Positions 24,045 through 38,139 of a stretch of 64,000 bases of DNA are shown one piece after another. Positions within the stretch are counted from its first letter, which is position 1; the number at the start of each line of letters is the position of its first letter. A program made the translations under genes and the position numbers. This DNA is from Octopus bimaculoides. Taxonomy: Eukaryota. The stretch covers positions 46,814,353-46,878,352 of the forward strand of contig NC_068986.1 of NCBI RefSeq assembly GCF_001194135.2. Direction: 5' to 3'. Under the pieces are notes generated by a model. It did no database searches. It was not told the origin of the DNA and saw only the letters and a list, made by a program, of their open reading frames with translations.

Positions 24045-24220
24045 ATAACAACAGACGAGGACAGGTGATGTAAATAACAAAAGTATATATTAGTATGACG
24101 CTCGGGAATACGGAAAGTCTTTGACGTTTCGAGCTACGCTCTTCAACAGAAAGAATACGGAGACAAGGAGAAAAACACGGAGAAAAAAAATTGAATAGTG
24201 TTCAGTCAACGGCCAACACA
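24045..24220 (-). mobile_element. Penelope-like terminal fragment with hammerhead-core-like motif (24118-24154)
   Basis: Minus strand TCTTT CTGTTGAAGA G CGTAGCT C GAAAC GTC AAAGA, flanked by the direct repeat TCCGTATTC. Confidence 0.45.
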
Positions 24221-24335
24221 TACACACACAGACGCATACATACATACACACACATACAGATATATGTACACATATACACACATATATACTTACAAACATA
24301 CATACACACATCCACACAAGTATACATATATACAT

Positions 24336-24394
<59 letters not shown>

Positions 24395-24971
24395 CACAGA
24401 CACACACATATACACATATACATACATTTACATACACATGTGGACATACACACTCACATATACATGTATACACAATCATATATACGCATGTATATTTACA
24501 CACACATACATCTAAATATAGACATATATTTTTTATATAAATGTGGGCGTATGTGTGTATGTGTGTGTATATATATATATATATNNNNNNNNNNNNNNNN
24601 NNNNNNNNNNNNNNNNNNNNNNNNNNNNNNNNNNNNNNNNNNNNNNNNNNNNNNNNNNNNNNTGTATATGAAAGTATGTATGCATGTATGTATATGCATT
24701 TATATGTATGTGTTGTCCAACCCACTATCCGGTAGCGTCCAATTCTCTAACGGTTTTTTTCAAATGAATCATGTCATAACCTTATCCATCTATTGTTTTC
24801 ATACTCGGTCATAATGTCTTACGTTTAAGATGATTCCCATGCATTCCCTGAAGAGAAGGTTACAATTTTAACATCACAGATTCCTATGGATCACATAGGT
24901 TGTAATCCTTTGAAACATATGTAGGAATAAAGTATGCAGTTATAACATGCGTTTTCTCCATTCCTTAAATT

Positions 24972-25002
<31 letters not shown>

Positions 25003-25100
25003 GACAGGCTTCTGTTAGTTTACGTCTGCTAAATTTTCTCACAAGGCTTTGGTTGATCCAAGGCTATAGTAGAAAACACTTGATCAAGTTGCCGTGCAGT
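25003..25100 (-). mobile_element. SINE family B fragment
   Basis: CTCACAAGGCTTTGGTTG..GGCTATAGTAGAAAACACTTG. Confidence 0.75.
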
Positions 25101-26642
25101 TGCTTCCAGTGACTTATTGACTCCTTTAGAAATATAACTTCATAAACACATTACTATTTTATTTTTGATAAGAGCATTTCGAGTTATTCTCTGTTTGCTT
25201 AGGTATTTGTTGGTGGTCAATGTCTGCCCAGACACTGTGCTTTGCAATTTCTGTGCTTTGCTATTTGCTATTTCTGTACTAAGTTTTTCTCTTATAGGAT
25301 TGCAAGCCAACGAGGGAGCTTCTAGAAAGTTGCTCGAAAGATTCCATCAAACTACAACTTAATAACTTAAAAACCGGACACTTTAAACGGCGACTTAGTC
25401 GTACAAAAATACAGGTTAAACAACAGTAATGATTTACATAATAAAAGCTATTAATCATATTTAAGTAAGTTGATAAAGTTTCTAATATATTTTTGGAGGA
25501 GATATCGGCTACTATTTTACTTTGCTAAAGATATTCAGTTTATTTTATTACTGCTGAAGGAATTTTGCAAATAAGCTAAATGTTTGGTTTCTGATTTCTC
25601 CCGTTGGTATTATATCGTAAGTTTGTTTTTTTTTTGTCAATTTCTTTAATATCCTCTTCGGTAGGAAAGACACGGTTCTTCACTATAATCAAATCTGAGA
25701 TGCAATGTGTCCATATGAAAACTCCATTAATGTTTCATTAATCTTCACTTTATTAATCTTAGGTCATGTGTTTTCTTCAAAATAAAAAGCAAACAAAGAG
25801 AAACTATATTAAAAATCTAAAGTTCACTTTTAATATATTTCTGTAAAAGAAAATCAAATGAACACTGGCTCATCCTTATTGTAAAAGTTTGACTAAGAAG
25901 AAACAATATATGTGGTTAGACTGACGTCACAATAGCGTTCAAGGGCAAGTCTATAGACTTCGGAATAACTTCCAGAGTTACGCCTAAGAAGTAGGTAGAA
26001 AAATTAAACATGTCGTGTGTAATATCTCATGCACTTATGGTACGAAAGAACCTGAAAATCACAATAACAAATTATAAAACAAGAAAATTAGGAGTGCTCA
26101 ACACAAGTGGTATGAACAAGAAAATTCATGAGTCAATGTGGTGTAAAATATTCTTTATAAATGAAATCTCACAACAGAGATCTCTTTAGCTGCTGAGAAC
26201 CTAAGCAGTATGCTCTAACATCGCTTATAATTTTCATTATTGAAAATTTTAATCCAATATTATTTCCGTTTCTAAAAATATTTTTAATTTAACCAAGGAA
26301 GATTAAGGTTAATACAGTGGAGACTGTCGGACTCTGGACTAGGTACTTCACATCTCGCTTGATTTCGCACTTTGCTGGGCTCGAATTCTGCATGTGTTGA
26401 CTTTATAACATTCAAATAAATAATTAAGTTGATAGTTAAATATTTCATTCACTGATATTGTATGAACATTATTGTTTGTAGTATTACTAGGGCGCTAAGA
26501 AGAAGAATCGTTAAAGCATTGGACAAAAATACTTTATAGTATTTTGTTCCAGCTTCTAACTTTTGAAATGAAATCACACTGACGTGAAGTTTGTCTTTAA
26601 TCTTCAGTCTTGTACCTATGTTACAAATCATTATTTTTTCTC

Positions 26643-26981
26643 GGACTCAGTCCCACTGAGTGGCACCTTGGACAAGTGTCTTCTACTATAGCCTCAGGCC
26701 TACCAAAGCCTTGTGAGTGGATTTGGTAGATGGAAACTGAAAGAAACCTGTCGTATGTGTGTGTTTTGTGTCTGTGCTTACACCCCGACCAACACCACAT
26801 CGCTTGACAACCGATATTATTGTACTTACATCCTCGTAATCTAGCGGTTCGCCAAAAGAAGGCGATAGAATAAGTACTAGGCTTACAAGGAATAACTCTT
26901 GGGGGCGATTTCTTCGACTAAAATCCTTTAAAAACCTCCAGCATAGTCGCAGTCAAACGACTGAAACAACAAGTAAAAGAA
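26643..26981 (+). mobile_element. SINE family B (OR2/CORE-like), near full length
   Basis: CAGTCCCACTGAGTGGCACCTTGGACAAGTGTCTTCTACTATAGCC..CCAAAGCCTTGTGAGTGGATTTGG..CGCAGTCAAACGACTGAAAC..GTAAAAGAATA. Confidence 0.85.
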
Positions 26982-28786
26982 TACTATTACATATCTAGTC
27001 GGAGTTTCAACCTGATGTCTCTATCATGATCAACCTTTTCTTGTCATTTAAAATTGCCAGTTCAGTACTTATAGTTACTAAATTATGGGCTCTATGGTAA
27101 AATTTAATTGTTTCAGTTAAGTTCTGCAAGTTGTTGTTCCTTTTAGTATAAATAATAGTTTGTGATGACATACAGCTGTCGCTTTGTTGCTTAACTTCAG
27201 TCAGCCGTCTTCGAGGACACCTATATTCACAGATTTTCACCCATAACCACACGAGTTCATTTGTTTGTGGCAAAGTTTATAACAGTGTCCTTCCTGTTTT
27301 TAAAGTGGCTGGACATGATATGATGATCAGTTGGTTGGTATTTCTACTATATTGGTCGACCACAGAGAAGTTCGTATATTAGCTTGTTGTATGCAATAAT
27401 CTTCAGCAAAAGTGATATGAAGGATATATCTAACACTGAATTTATATAGTTTCTTTACAACTTCACTTGGAACAACCATATTCTTTTGTCTTTTAAATGA
27501 GTGATCACGCCTAAGGTTGTTGTTGTACAGATGTCCAGTACATAATAGAGAAAAGTAAACTCTTTACTGTCTTGCACTGTATGTGACAGAACTTCCTTTG
27601 AACTTTATTTTTATGTAAGGTTCAATGCAAATAAACAGAACTCCGTTGCACCTTTTGTAAGGCGCCGACGTCTAGAATCAATAACTTTGAAGTTCATTTT
27701 CGGTTTGTTTTTGTTTAGCCACGGATTAACTTTGAGGAAGAAAGAAACCCATACCTAAAAGCCTTTCAATTGTCACCATCTAATATTATTTCCAAATCAT
27801 ATCTTGAATACATTACCTAATCTACTTTGGTTTCTATGAGACGGTAGGCTGTGATTTAAGGAATATATAGTTATTGTTTCTAGTAGACTGTACGGCTATG
27901 TAGAGTTTCATTTGTTGAATAGTCAATTTGTATGTCAGCGATTTCTGCTTGACTCCTAATGGAACTGCTTACAATGGTCAATCACAATCAGCTAAAACTT
28001 TTCAAGAAGGAATAATTGAAAAGGCCTGTGATCAGAAGTTTTAGAAGTTTCATTTTGCTATCACTCTTCCAAAGGTACATGTGTACTTGTGAAGTTTGAT
28101 TTCGCTTTGAATTTTTTTCACCCATAGCTATTCCTCATTTGATATATTTTCTTGGCTTCTTTAGGAGATATCATTAGGTATAAAGAACAGAATGAAGTTG
28201 TTTTTATGAAATCTTTCCTCAGAATATCATTAAATTTTAAAATTCAGATTACATTTAATCGTGCTTTGATTATTTCATTTGAATTAAGTATTAAGAATCA
28301 TAATGGTTATAATTATTCGAGCGGCAGTAATACAGATTAATTAATCTTAGGTATGACTTTAAACAGTAGATTCAGGATCTAGGGTTGGAATGAAGTTACC
28401 TTTTAACGGACAATATTCGTATATAAGTGCTGACAAGCAACAGTTGCACCTGCAAGAATTTCAGAGTACATTGCATTACTATATCACCTTAACTCAATAT
28501 AGGGTCCTGAAGTTTGCAGCACTAATCCAGCTATATGCCATGCAGATGAGCATGTAATACACCAATGGATAGAAAGTAACATTTGCCTCGGGAACTCCAG
28601 TAATCATCCTTGTTCAAACAGTTCAAACGCTATGGTGCAACACCCAAACAGAAAAGGAGCTGCTATCTTGCAGATTGGATTATGGTGATCAAAGACTAAG
28701 GGTTCAGCTCCGACATAAAAGGATTGCTGAAGGTATTGCGCCCTCTGTAGACTATCATAAAATTGTCATGATGTGTGTTTATAATT

Positions 28787-29175
28787 TTGTTGTTGTTGGC
28801 ACTCCGTCGCTTACGACGTCGAGGGTTCCAGTTGATCCGATCAACAGAACAGCCTGCTCGTGAAATTAACGTGCAAGTGGCTGAGCACTCCACAGACACG
28901 TGTACCCTTAACGTAGTTCTCGGGGATATTCAGCGTGACACAGTGTGACATGGCTGACCCTTTGAATTACAGGCACAACAGAGACAGGAAGTAAGAGTGA
29001 GAGAAAGTTGTGGTGGAAGAGTACAGCAGGGTTCGCCACCATCCCCTGCCGGAGCTTCGTGAAGCTTTAGATGTTTTCGCTCAATAAACACTCACAACGC
29101 CCGGTCTGGGAATCAAAACCGTGATCCTATGACCGCGAGTCCGCTGCCCTAACCACTGGGCCATTGCGCCTCCAC
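28787..29175 (-). mobile_element. Full-length OR1-like SINE (389 bp) with TSD
   Basis: A and B boxes intact, (AAC)n tail, 10-bp TSD with one mismatch: GTTTATAATT (28777-28786) and GTTTGTAATT (29176-29185). Confidence 0.92.
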
Positions 29176-30254
29176 GTTTGTAATTAGAGCTAGCGTAAAA
29201 CAACATTTAACTTATCTCAATTGATGTCACTTAATAAAGATAATGCGTTATTATGTTTCTTTGTTTTTCAAACATACTCTATGCGTTTTATAGAATGATT
29301 CTATAATGCAGAAATTATAGGACATATGATTCTGCTATACGGTTTTATTCCAGAACATCCAATTTAGATGTCTGCTGATATAATCGTGCCTTCCGGTTTA
29401 ACTTTCAGTCGGAAATATTTTGCTCAACAGGATATGTTCAGAAATTGACTGCAAGAGATAGCATTTGAAGAAAACCAAATTTGAATCTTATCAAGTCAAA
29501 AGTCGAAAGTGAATTTGAAAGAAATAAGCATGTTTGACACATATTACCAAGGCAACAATTTTACAGATCGTTCCTTCAACACGATAACTAACATTTGTTA
29601 CAGCTGGAAGATGTTTGAAAAAACTTCAGTTCATAATGACTTCACACTGCTTTCTTTTAAGATGACAATAGGAAAGATAGTTTGTGGAACTTCTGCAAAA
29701 TGAAATTGTCAAAAATATAAAACGGATGGTAGGTTTTGCTGAGAGCAAAAATATTGAGTATGTAGAAACTGCACAGGAGATTTTGCATTGAAAATTTAAA
29801 AAAATAGCAGAAATACCACCCCGCGTTTTCTGTTTTCTACAATTCATTTTAGGAATACGCATGATATGTATGTATGTATGCGTGTATGCACATACACATA
29901 TTTTATTAAATACATGACTGATTCAAGTTCTATTTTTTTTATTTTAGATTTTCCACATATTCTTATTATAATTTTAAAGCTAGTTTGGAACAATAGTTCT
30001 CGATTTAAATTCGACTTCTCTAAACTTTCACAATTTCAGTTTCAAGAATTGAAAATATAATGTATCTATGTTGTTTTTTATATAACAATTCTTTCAAAAC
30101 TGGAGAGTGGAATAGAGGAAGTTGACCTCAGATCGCAAACCGGGTACGAATGCTCGAAACAGAGTGGACTCTGCTAAAAGTACTCAAAATGACAGGAGGT
30201 GGTGTTAATAACGGTCACTGATTAAGTAAATCACCCCAAAAGCCATGGCGGGAT

Positions 30255-30445
30255 TTTAAATACAAATTGCAAAGTGGTAGAACAAATACCAAGCGATAAC
30301 CGTCCGATGGTATTGCAGTTCCGTCATACTTATTTATCGACTCTGTAAGGACAAAAACAAGCTTGGCAACTATAAGAATTGAAATCAGAGTCCCGAGTGG
30401 AAGTACAAATATCTTGATGCATTCTATTCGATGCTCTAAGGACTC
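30255..30445 (-). mobile_element. Highly degenerate SINE family A
   Basis: TACTTATTTATCGACTCTGTAAGGA..GAATTGAAATCAGAG. Confidence 0.5.
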
Positions 30446-31869
30446 AAATTTACTGCTTGTTGTTTTTACAAACTATGCATTTGTTATACTTTAATTCATT
30501 ACTTACACTAAATTAAAGTGTCCTATAGTTTACTTTCACAATTATAAAAGCACACATTATCACGTTACTGGAAGTTCATTTTTTACACAACGAATTGAAG
30601 AACATAAATATTAATAGTATTTTATTTATTTATTTATTTATTTATTTTTCAAAAACGTAGTTGTTACTCGACGTTTAAGAAATAGAAACTAAATTAGGTT
30701 TAGAAAAGAACTTATTTTAACATATAAGATAATTGAATTTTCACATGAATTACTATTTTACAATACTTCTTTGTTATCCTCTCTTATAGTCTGAGTAAAT
30801 TGTTAGCTTAATAAAATTAAATTTCTTTCTCAAAATACTTTTTGTCATTTTATATACTGGTGCTGTAGTCATAAATCATTAGTTTACAGTTGATCTTTGA
30901 AATGGAATAGCACTAGAGTCTTATTGATATTATGACGTGGAGTTCAAATCCTTTTGGGGTCAATGAAATAACTACTATTTAGGTACTGGAAACAATTTCA
31001 ATCGGTTGTATGCTTTCCAAAACATGTGAGGCCTTGAGCCTATGAAATCAATATTATGGTGACATAATGTTTCTTTGACGTGAGGCACAATGCTTTAGAC
31101 ACTCTAAATGTATGAAACGGAGTTAATTCTTACAAGATCGGGCAACATAGTTTTAAAAAGTGGCAGAATGGTAGAAACAGTAAAGCATTGGGCATGTCGT
31201 CATGTTCAGTTGCCTCCTTTTGCATTTTCTAACTATAAATCGCCATCAAAAGCTATAAGTACCATTTATGTACCAAATCGATTATGATTATGATCCTCCA
31301 CTACAATCTGTAGTCACGTAACAATGTGATAAAAAATATTATGTTAACAATATATATTAAAATAATCTATAAAACAGGCTGGTTTAAATTTTGTGCAAAT
31401 CTGTTTTCAGATAAATTTTATTTTTATTTTAAAGTGATTCTGTATATATAAAAAAAAAAACGATATAATTTGCAGAGGGTTCTTTCTAAATTTTATTTTA
31501 TTTTTTCTAGTGCAAAAATAAGCAAAATCTTTTAACTGTTCCTGTTCAGAGATATCTGTTGGCAGCTGATTAGCAATATTGTCTCTAAAAACAGACAGAT
31601 GAAATTACTGGCGTCTGTGTCTTTCTCAAGAACATTAGAAGAGCAAGTGAAATCACAACCGCTCGCAATTGTATATGAGTAGAAGTCTCGTTTCACCAGA
31701 AGTTTATCTCTTATACTATAAAGTTATATTAATATAGCATTTTTTAGTTACCTTAAAATTTATTGACAGCTATTTTGCCAACCTACAACAAATATTTCAA
31801 TCCCCATCAAATCGAGTTACCTTGTACCTGCTCTTTCTCTCGCTATAACGTCCTTTCGTTTACGGAGCA

Positions 31870-32700
31870 TCACCGCCCTACACGGTCAGAGCTAATTTTT
31901 CCATATCGGGGACTGTTTACCCTGCACCACCAAAAGGGTCATCTAGTGCATTTTACATGTTGTGGAACGAAGCTGAATACATTAGGGAATAATTTGTTGA
32001 CGTTCAACGTAACAAGAATCATTTACCTCTCTAGCCCACAACTTCAAGTCTCAGAATACTCTTACCTGTAGCTCACAGTTTTTAAGCATGTACAGTACCA
32101 CGAGACCACCATTTTCCGGTATTGTTGGGTACAATAGTTATTCTACGATTTAAAGAGAATTGCCCCATCTATGAATAACTGTCTAGTTTTCCGTTAACCT
32201 CGCCTCTCTCTCACACACACACACTCGTGCGCGCTGATAAATGCCCATACATGTTTATCACACTACTCCTTTGATATTTTCCACTACCCGTTTTCTAATC
32301 CTCCATTTTCACTCATTTTACCACCCATCTATCACAGACCAACCCACACACGCTATGATGCCTTGTTTGTACAACCCTTGCAATACAAGCTTTATTCACA
32401 CCCACACCACCAATATAGACACATTCGCACATAACTTCTCCCACACAGTTAACTCCCAATTCTAACTCACACATGTACACCTACGTAAACTCAATCACAC
32501 ATCATCTCTGTGCTCCAGTGCTGAATTATTTTCCTTAGCGCACGTTTGCTTTTCTCTGCTACAAACCATTAACTCCACTCCTTTCCTGTCTATCACTCCA
32601 GGCTGATTCATCTGTGCATTTCGCTTTACACTTTTTCGTTGTTTTCTTTTTAACTCTTGTCTTCTATACTAATACAGAACAAGTGTCTAAAAATCGATAT
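31870..32700 (+). mobile_element. Penelope-like element: GIY-YIG endonuclease remnant plus 3' UTR
   Basis: Frameshift-corrected FHIGD.FTCTTKRVI*CI..YI.E resembles FTC.S.NVIYCI.C..C..YIGET. Ends Q*LFYDLKRIAPSMNNCLVF*, followed by a C/T-rich UTR. Confidence 0.55.
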
Positions 32701-33233
32701 CTCATCTATTTCATTTCATTCTCACAAAAGAAGGATAGATTAAATAAAATACTTAATCATTTGTTGATTTGATGAAGTTATCTCTACTTCTATACGGGGA
32801 AGACTAATCACTTGGTAGCAAATATTACAAACTTCAAATGAGAAAGAGAAATACTTTCAAGGACCAAGAATCCTCCGAAAGTGAGATGCCATTAAGAGAA
32901 CGAAAGACCAAATGTAATGCGGATGATGTCTAATAAGGAGTAAACACGGTCAAAGAGCTATTCTCTTGTCTTCCAACAATTAAAATGTCTTTTCCTTAAT
33001 GAAATGTCTATTTTGTAAAATTCTCGGTTCTTCAGATTATCTCTCCTTCTCATTTGGAGTTTGTGCCAGTTGTCACTAAGTCATTATTCTACCTTCTGTG
33101 GAAATGACTGTGATTTCAATGAACCAAGGATATATTTCAGATATTCTTATTCGTCTTTGTTATCCAAATACATGCCACTGCATTTCAAGAAGGACATTAT
33201 TTAAATTGTTTCTCTCAGCCCATTTTCGTTTCG

Positions 33234-33275
<42 letters not shown>

Positions 33276-33419
33276 TGTGTGTATGTGTGTATGTATACAA
33301 GTGTGTGTGTATGTATGTATATGTATGTATGCATTGATAAATATGTACATATAGATATATACGTATATATACATACACATATGCCCTTACATACAGACAT
33401 ACATACATATAACAGTATA

Positions 33420-33845
33420 ACGAAGAAGAAAACAACTGCAGTCGAAATCGCCAATATTCAGACCGAAGAGTCAAAAGAGTATTGGTCGAACTTGAAAAGT
33501 AAAGTGGCCGCCAAGCTAAAGCACAACTGGCCAAATATTGCTGTTTGGGATCACAAGGGAAATGTATGATCTGTTGTGGAACTCATCTGTCCCCTGGACA
33601 CCAATGTGATTAGAAAAATACGAGGGAAAGAGGGCATCTATGGACCAATTGTTCCCAAGATACACTTTCAGCTTCATACCTGTTTTTGTTGGAGCAAAAG
33701 GATATATATCAATCCTTCTGGGGCGAAGTATAGCTGAACTTCGGATCTTGGCGAGAGAATGTAAATCCTTAATTCATACTCTTCAAATGATCACGATATC
33801 AGGGACAATAAAAATCTACAAAACTTTAAGTTTGAAAGAATACTG
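33420..33845 (+). pseudogene. RLE-type non-LTR retrotransposon (R4/NeSL-like) endonuclease remnant
   Basis: YWSNLKSK..KLKHNWPNIAVWD..VVELICPLDTNV..YGP..FSFIPVFVGAKGY..SGTIKIYKT matches the PD..D/E..K restriction-like endonuclease C-terminus. Confidence 0.75.
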
Positions 33846-36431
33846 GTTAAAACAAGATACTTTCCTTTACAACCTCGCTACCAATTAGGTAGCCGTCCAA
33901 GAGAACTTATAAAGTGTGTGTGCCACTGTGTGTGTAAGCACATACATACATACGTATGTATGCATGTGTTGTGCTTAAGAATGAATTATGCATTAATTCT
34001 TTTTACTCACTCTCCTCAGGCGTGACCTCAAGTGTTATTTGTGCGGGAAAATGTTTTACTTGTTGCAAATACACCATTAAACAAATTCTAAAAGATTTTA
34101 GAGATACGATAGCGACAAAACCAAGTTATTATTTGAAAACTAGTCTGATATTAGATTACAACTCAATTACAAGACACTGTAGAAGATTGACGACATCTGC
34201 AACATGGGATTTTTCATTAGAAATCAGATGCTAGAAAATATATACCTGTATAGTATTCTGGGGACTGCAGTGTGTGTATATTTTGATCTGTTCCATACTG
34301 ATCAAAGTTAATACACTCACAGTATAATCGATTTGATCTAGGTTTTTCTTTTCCTTATGGAAATAGCCGTTGAATCCTTTCTAAGATGTACCAGAGTTTA
34401 AACATTCTTCAGATTAAATATCTAAAACCATCAGGCAGTGTTATAGAAGACATGAAGCTAATCATTGGAACGCCTCGAGTTCAACTTCGTGAATCATAGC
34501 TTTGGTATAACCCTCTCGGTAGAATGCCCCCCCCCAAAAAAAAAAATAACTGGATCGTCTGACAATATGCTACATCTGTCTTAACCTGTATCTCCTATAT
34601 CTCCTGTATAAATCATACCGGTGGGTTAGATTAGCACGCTTGAAGAAAATATGCATGTATGGATACGTGGATTTTCTTTTAGTGTTGTAAGAGAGGCTCT
34701 GTGTGTGAAAGCGAGAGAGAGAGGCTATGTTTGTGTATGTTGGTGTATGGGCGCTTTTTGTATATGAATACTAGTGTGAGCGCGCGTGCATCAATATATA
34801 ACTGCCAATGTGAAACAAATACTAGTAAATACAGTTTCCGATTAACTTTCCGTTTATTTTATTTATTTATTTCCAATGACATGTTTATGAAATAACACTT
34901 GGACTGAATCTTGGAACCAATTTGGACTGACGCCAATCCCCGGAGTGTAGCAATGAGTTATTAATGTTATTCCGATATTAAATCTATTATGTCACGTCTT
35001 AACAGACAATTGGGGGTCTTGATTATTCGTAGTGTGGTGAATGAAGACACGAGAGCACTAGATTATTAGCTGTTTTTATTGGTTTTACTGCACTGCAGCC
35101 AAATATGGTTTAAAAAGTAAATCAGTAAAAATACAATTTATTCTTTGTAAAACTTTTAGTAGATATTCTGAATTGCATCATGAAATATATATTGCAAAAC
35201 TAGGTTTACTGATACACTGTTCCTTTGCTCTGGGCCCACTAAATGTCCTATCAAAATGTTTTAGCTAGAAAACTGGAATGAGGAATTGAATTTTTTATAT
35301 TCTTATGATGGAAAACCCAGTTGTTCGTAGCAGTATTGGAGTTAGTTTGATACTGTCATTTTGTTTGACATGTATATAACTTAAACATTTAATACCAATA
35401 GTCAGCCAATTGTCAGAATCAATTAATTCTCTAAGGCAATGTTCAGAATTTTAAAAGGTTACATAATCTAATTTTTTCGCATGTGTTACTCATTAATTCC
35501 TTTCAATTAAAAAATGGAATCTGTCAACATCATAATCCCAATTTAAATCTCAGAATACCAAACCAACAGGGCTGTCTTTAAAACAGTCAACGTTATTATG
35601 CTTGTATCTGCCATCTTGGGTTTTGGAAAATATAAATAATTAATTTACAAATGATTACTCCACGACTAGTTCGGAATAAATCTAGTAAAGATAAACTTCT
35701 CGTACTACCCCCAAATCAATACCTTTTTCGCACTTTGATAATCTAATAGCAATACATTTTTTTACAGGGAAAACTCCGATCAATTACAAAGTTTTCTTCA
35801 CCAGCGCTGTACAACTAACCACATCCAATTGACATTTGACAAGTGATATTTAACTGCAGACATGGGCTTCAGTTTTAAACAACAGGCCCGAATACTGTTA
35901 TAAGAAACGTTATGATATCATATTGAACATTACATATTATAATTTTGGATATAGACTTGAGCACGCTTCTCCTAATCATAATCCTTATACCATGTTGTTT
36001 ATGTAATGATATTATGTCAATGTTATGTTGAATGCGTGGTCATAGTCTTATATGAATTACCATACTAAAAGTTGAATCCAAATGACTGTCAAAGCTTGTA
36101 TATATTCAAAACGATTTTCGTTGATAAAATTTTATAAATGATAGTTCTAAGGCAATGTTTAAAACAAGTTATCTAATATCGGGCAAATACCTAATTATTG
36201 CATTCTTTCCTACACAGAATTATTCATTGAATTCTGTTTTGCCATCCAAGTCTTAAAACTGGCAAAATCAATACCATACCTAAGCAAACTCGTGTATATT
36301 GATTACAATTACAATATATTATACGAACAGACATGTATTTCTATCCATAGTCAAAATGAGGTTTCATGTAATAACAAAATAATCAAATGATCGTTTTGTT
36401 ACCAGTAACAAATTAATTCACAATATTAATC

Positions 36432-36432
36432 A

Positions 36433-36516
<84 letters not shown>
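36432..36516. repeat. (ATT)n microsatellite, about 26 units
   Basis: Read directly; abuts the 3' end of the R4/Dong-like element. Confidence 0.97.
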
Positions 36517-36519
36517 GCT

Positions 36520-37810
36520 GTTGTTGTTCTTTTTCTTTTAAGTAAGCTTTTCAGCTATTGTTTGAACTCCTGGAGTTTTGCATGCTTGCTACCTGCAGCC
36601 TACGGTACTACGCTATCTGTTCTTTTCAATTATTTAATACTTTCCTGATGATTCTGGTCATGCCAAGGAGGCAAACTTTTTGTAACAGTCTATTATGCAC
36701 TTTATTCCCATTTCCTTTATATTCTCCTTGATGCCTTCTGATACTGTCCCCAAGGAGCAAACAATAATTGGCACTATCTTCTCCATCTTCATTTTTCACA
36801 ATCGAGCGATCTCGTATTTAAAGGGATTGTCTGTGTTTTTTCGCTTTGCTTCTTCACTATTGTGTGGGTCTAATAGGCATGCAGCATCAGTTACAGACCA
36901 TATATGGTGCAATTTGTCCACCAATACTAGGTCCGGCTTGTAATCTTCAAGAACCTGTTTTGCTTGGATTGGAAAATTCCACAGGATTTCGCTGGTTTCA
37001 GTCTCTGTGGTTTGCTCTCATACCATTTTTGCTCTCATACCATTTTTGTCTTTCTCTAACCCGCACTTTTCACAGTTTCCAGTGCAACACTTTCGTAACC
37101 TCATCGTGTCGTCACTACTTATATTGGTTTTGGCCAAACCCAGAGCATTTGTTCACAAAACGGGCAATGGTTTCGTCAATTCTATTCCTGAGGTCGACCC
37201 ACCAAATTGTAGCCAAAGCTCGGTTTTGCGCTGCTAGTATAGTGTCTCAGTCTCTTTTTTTCAGTGTTCCTTTCTTTAACCAATCCCACCTGCGTTCTTC
37301 AGTAACTTTAGTTGTGGCTACATAGAATTGATTGTGTAGTTCCTTGTTGAGTAGTGCTTGTTCATGTCCTTCTTCAACTTTTTGTTTTGTTCTTTACTAT
37401 TTTTCTGCTTTCAATATGTCCTCGGTTCTAACAAGGTTTCCTCACTTTGAGTTAGATACCTCTGCAAGTTTCCAAGTTCAAGAGGTGCACCGTGTTCTAT
37501 ATTTATGAGTCCCTTTTCTTCATTTGCTCTCTTCATATATAGGTAATCAGTGTCTGCATGTGGATGATGGTCTTCATGTATCGTTAGGAGCTTTCTTGTC
37601 TTCCTGTCCAATACCTTTTAGCTCGTCCTCTGTCCACTTCAGAATTCCAGCTCCGTATTACACCACTGCGACAACGTGCGGGTTTATTGCCGAAATTATA
37701 TTTCTGGCATTTAGCTTTGTATCCACAATCATTCTCAACTACCGCAGATGCTCTTTCAGCGACATCACAGCTCGAAGATTTAATTCCAAACATGAAGTTG
37801 AATTCCCTGC
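36520..37810 (-). mobile_element. R4/Dong-clade non-LTR retrotransposon, 5'-truncated and decayed
   Basis: MDRKTRKLLTIH..HHPHADTDYLYMKR..GLINIE, WDWLKKGTLKKETE..LAAQN, then ILWNFPIQ..KPDLVLVDK..EIARL*KMK..IVPIIVCSLG (RT C-terminus to RLE). Confidence 0.85.
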
Positions 37811-38139
37811 GATTAATCGGACTATACCAAGGACACCAATCAGCAGCAGTAGCATCAAGTCTACGAACACGACCACATCCTACTCGACTAGCACTATACT
37901 AGGGGGAAAAAGACAAAAACAACTTAAACGGCAACAATATTTCCATTGTGAATAACAATAACAATAATAACAACAGCAAAACATTCTCAGCCACGGTTGT
38001 GAAAAGCACAGAGCTATTTCAAAATGGATATACTACAGAAAGATATTTGCTTAGCTCAAGCAGCCTGACATTGCTATCCCAACTGAGGTGTTGGCAGAAA
38101 CATAGAAAAGACAGGTATTTATAAATGTGTTTCTATAAG

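Noticed and set aside
27150-27540. Possible ancient RT fragment (FAED) on the minus strand
   Set aside because: A single weak motif with no supporting RT blocks in frame.
28500-28690. Cys-containing open frame GPEVCSTNPAICHAD.. after a possible acceptor
   Set aside because: Cys spacing does not fit EGF or other domains I know, and the frame ends in a stop.
32769-32796. TTGATGAAG..CTTC TATACG downstream of the PLE remnant
   Set aside because: The position fits a PLE hammerhead, but GAAA is mutated at two positions; at most a dead relic.
36846-37955. Plus-strand ORFs of 159 aa and 143 aa
   Set aside because: They are antisense to the R4/Dong-like element.
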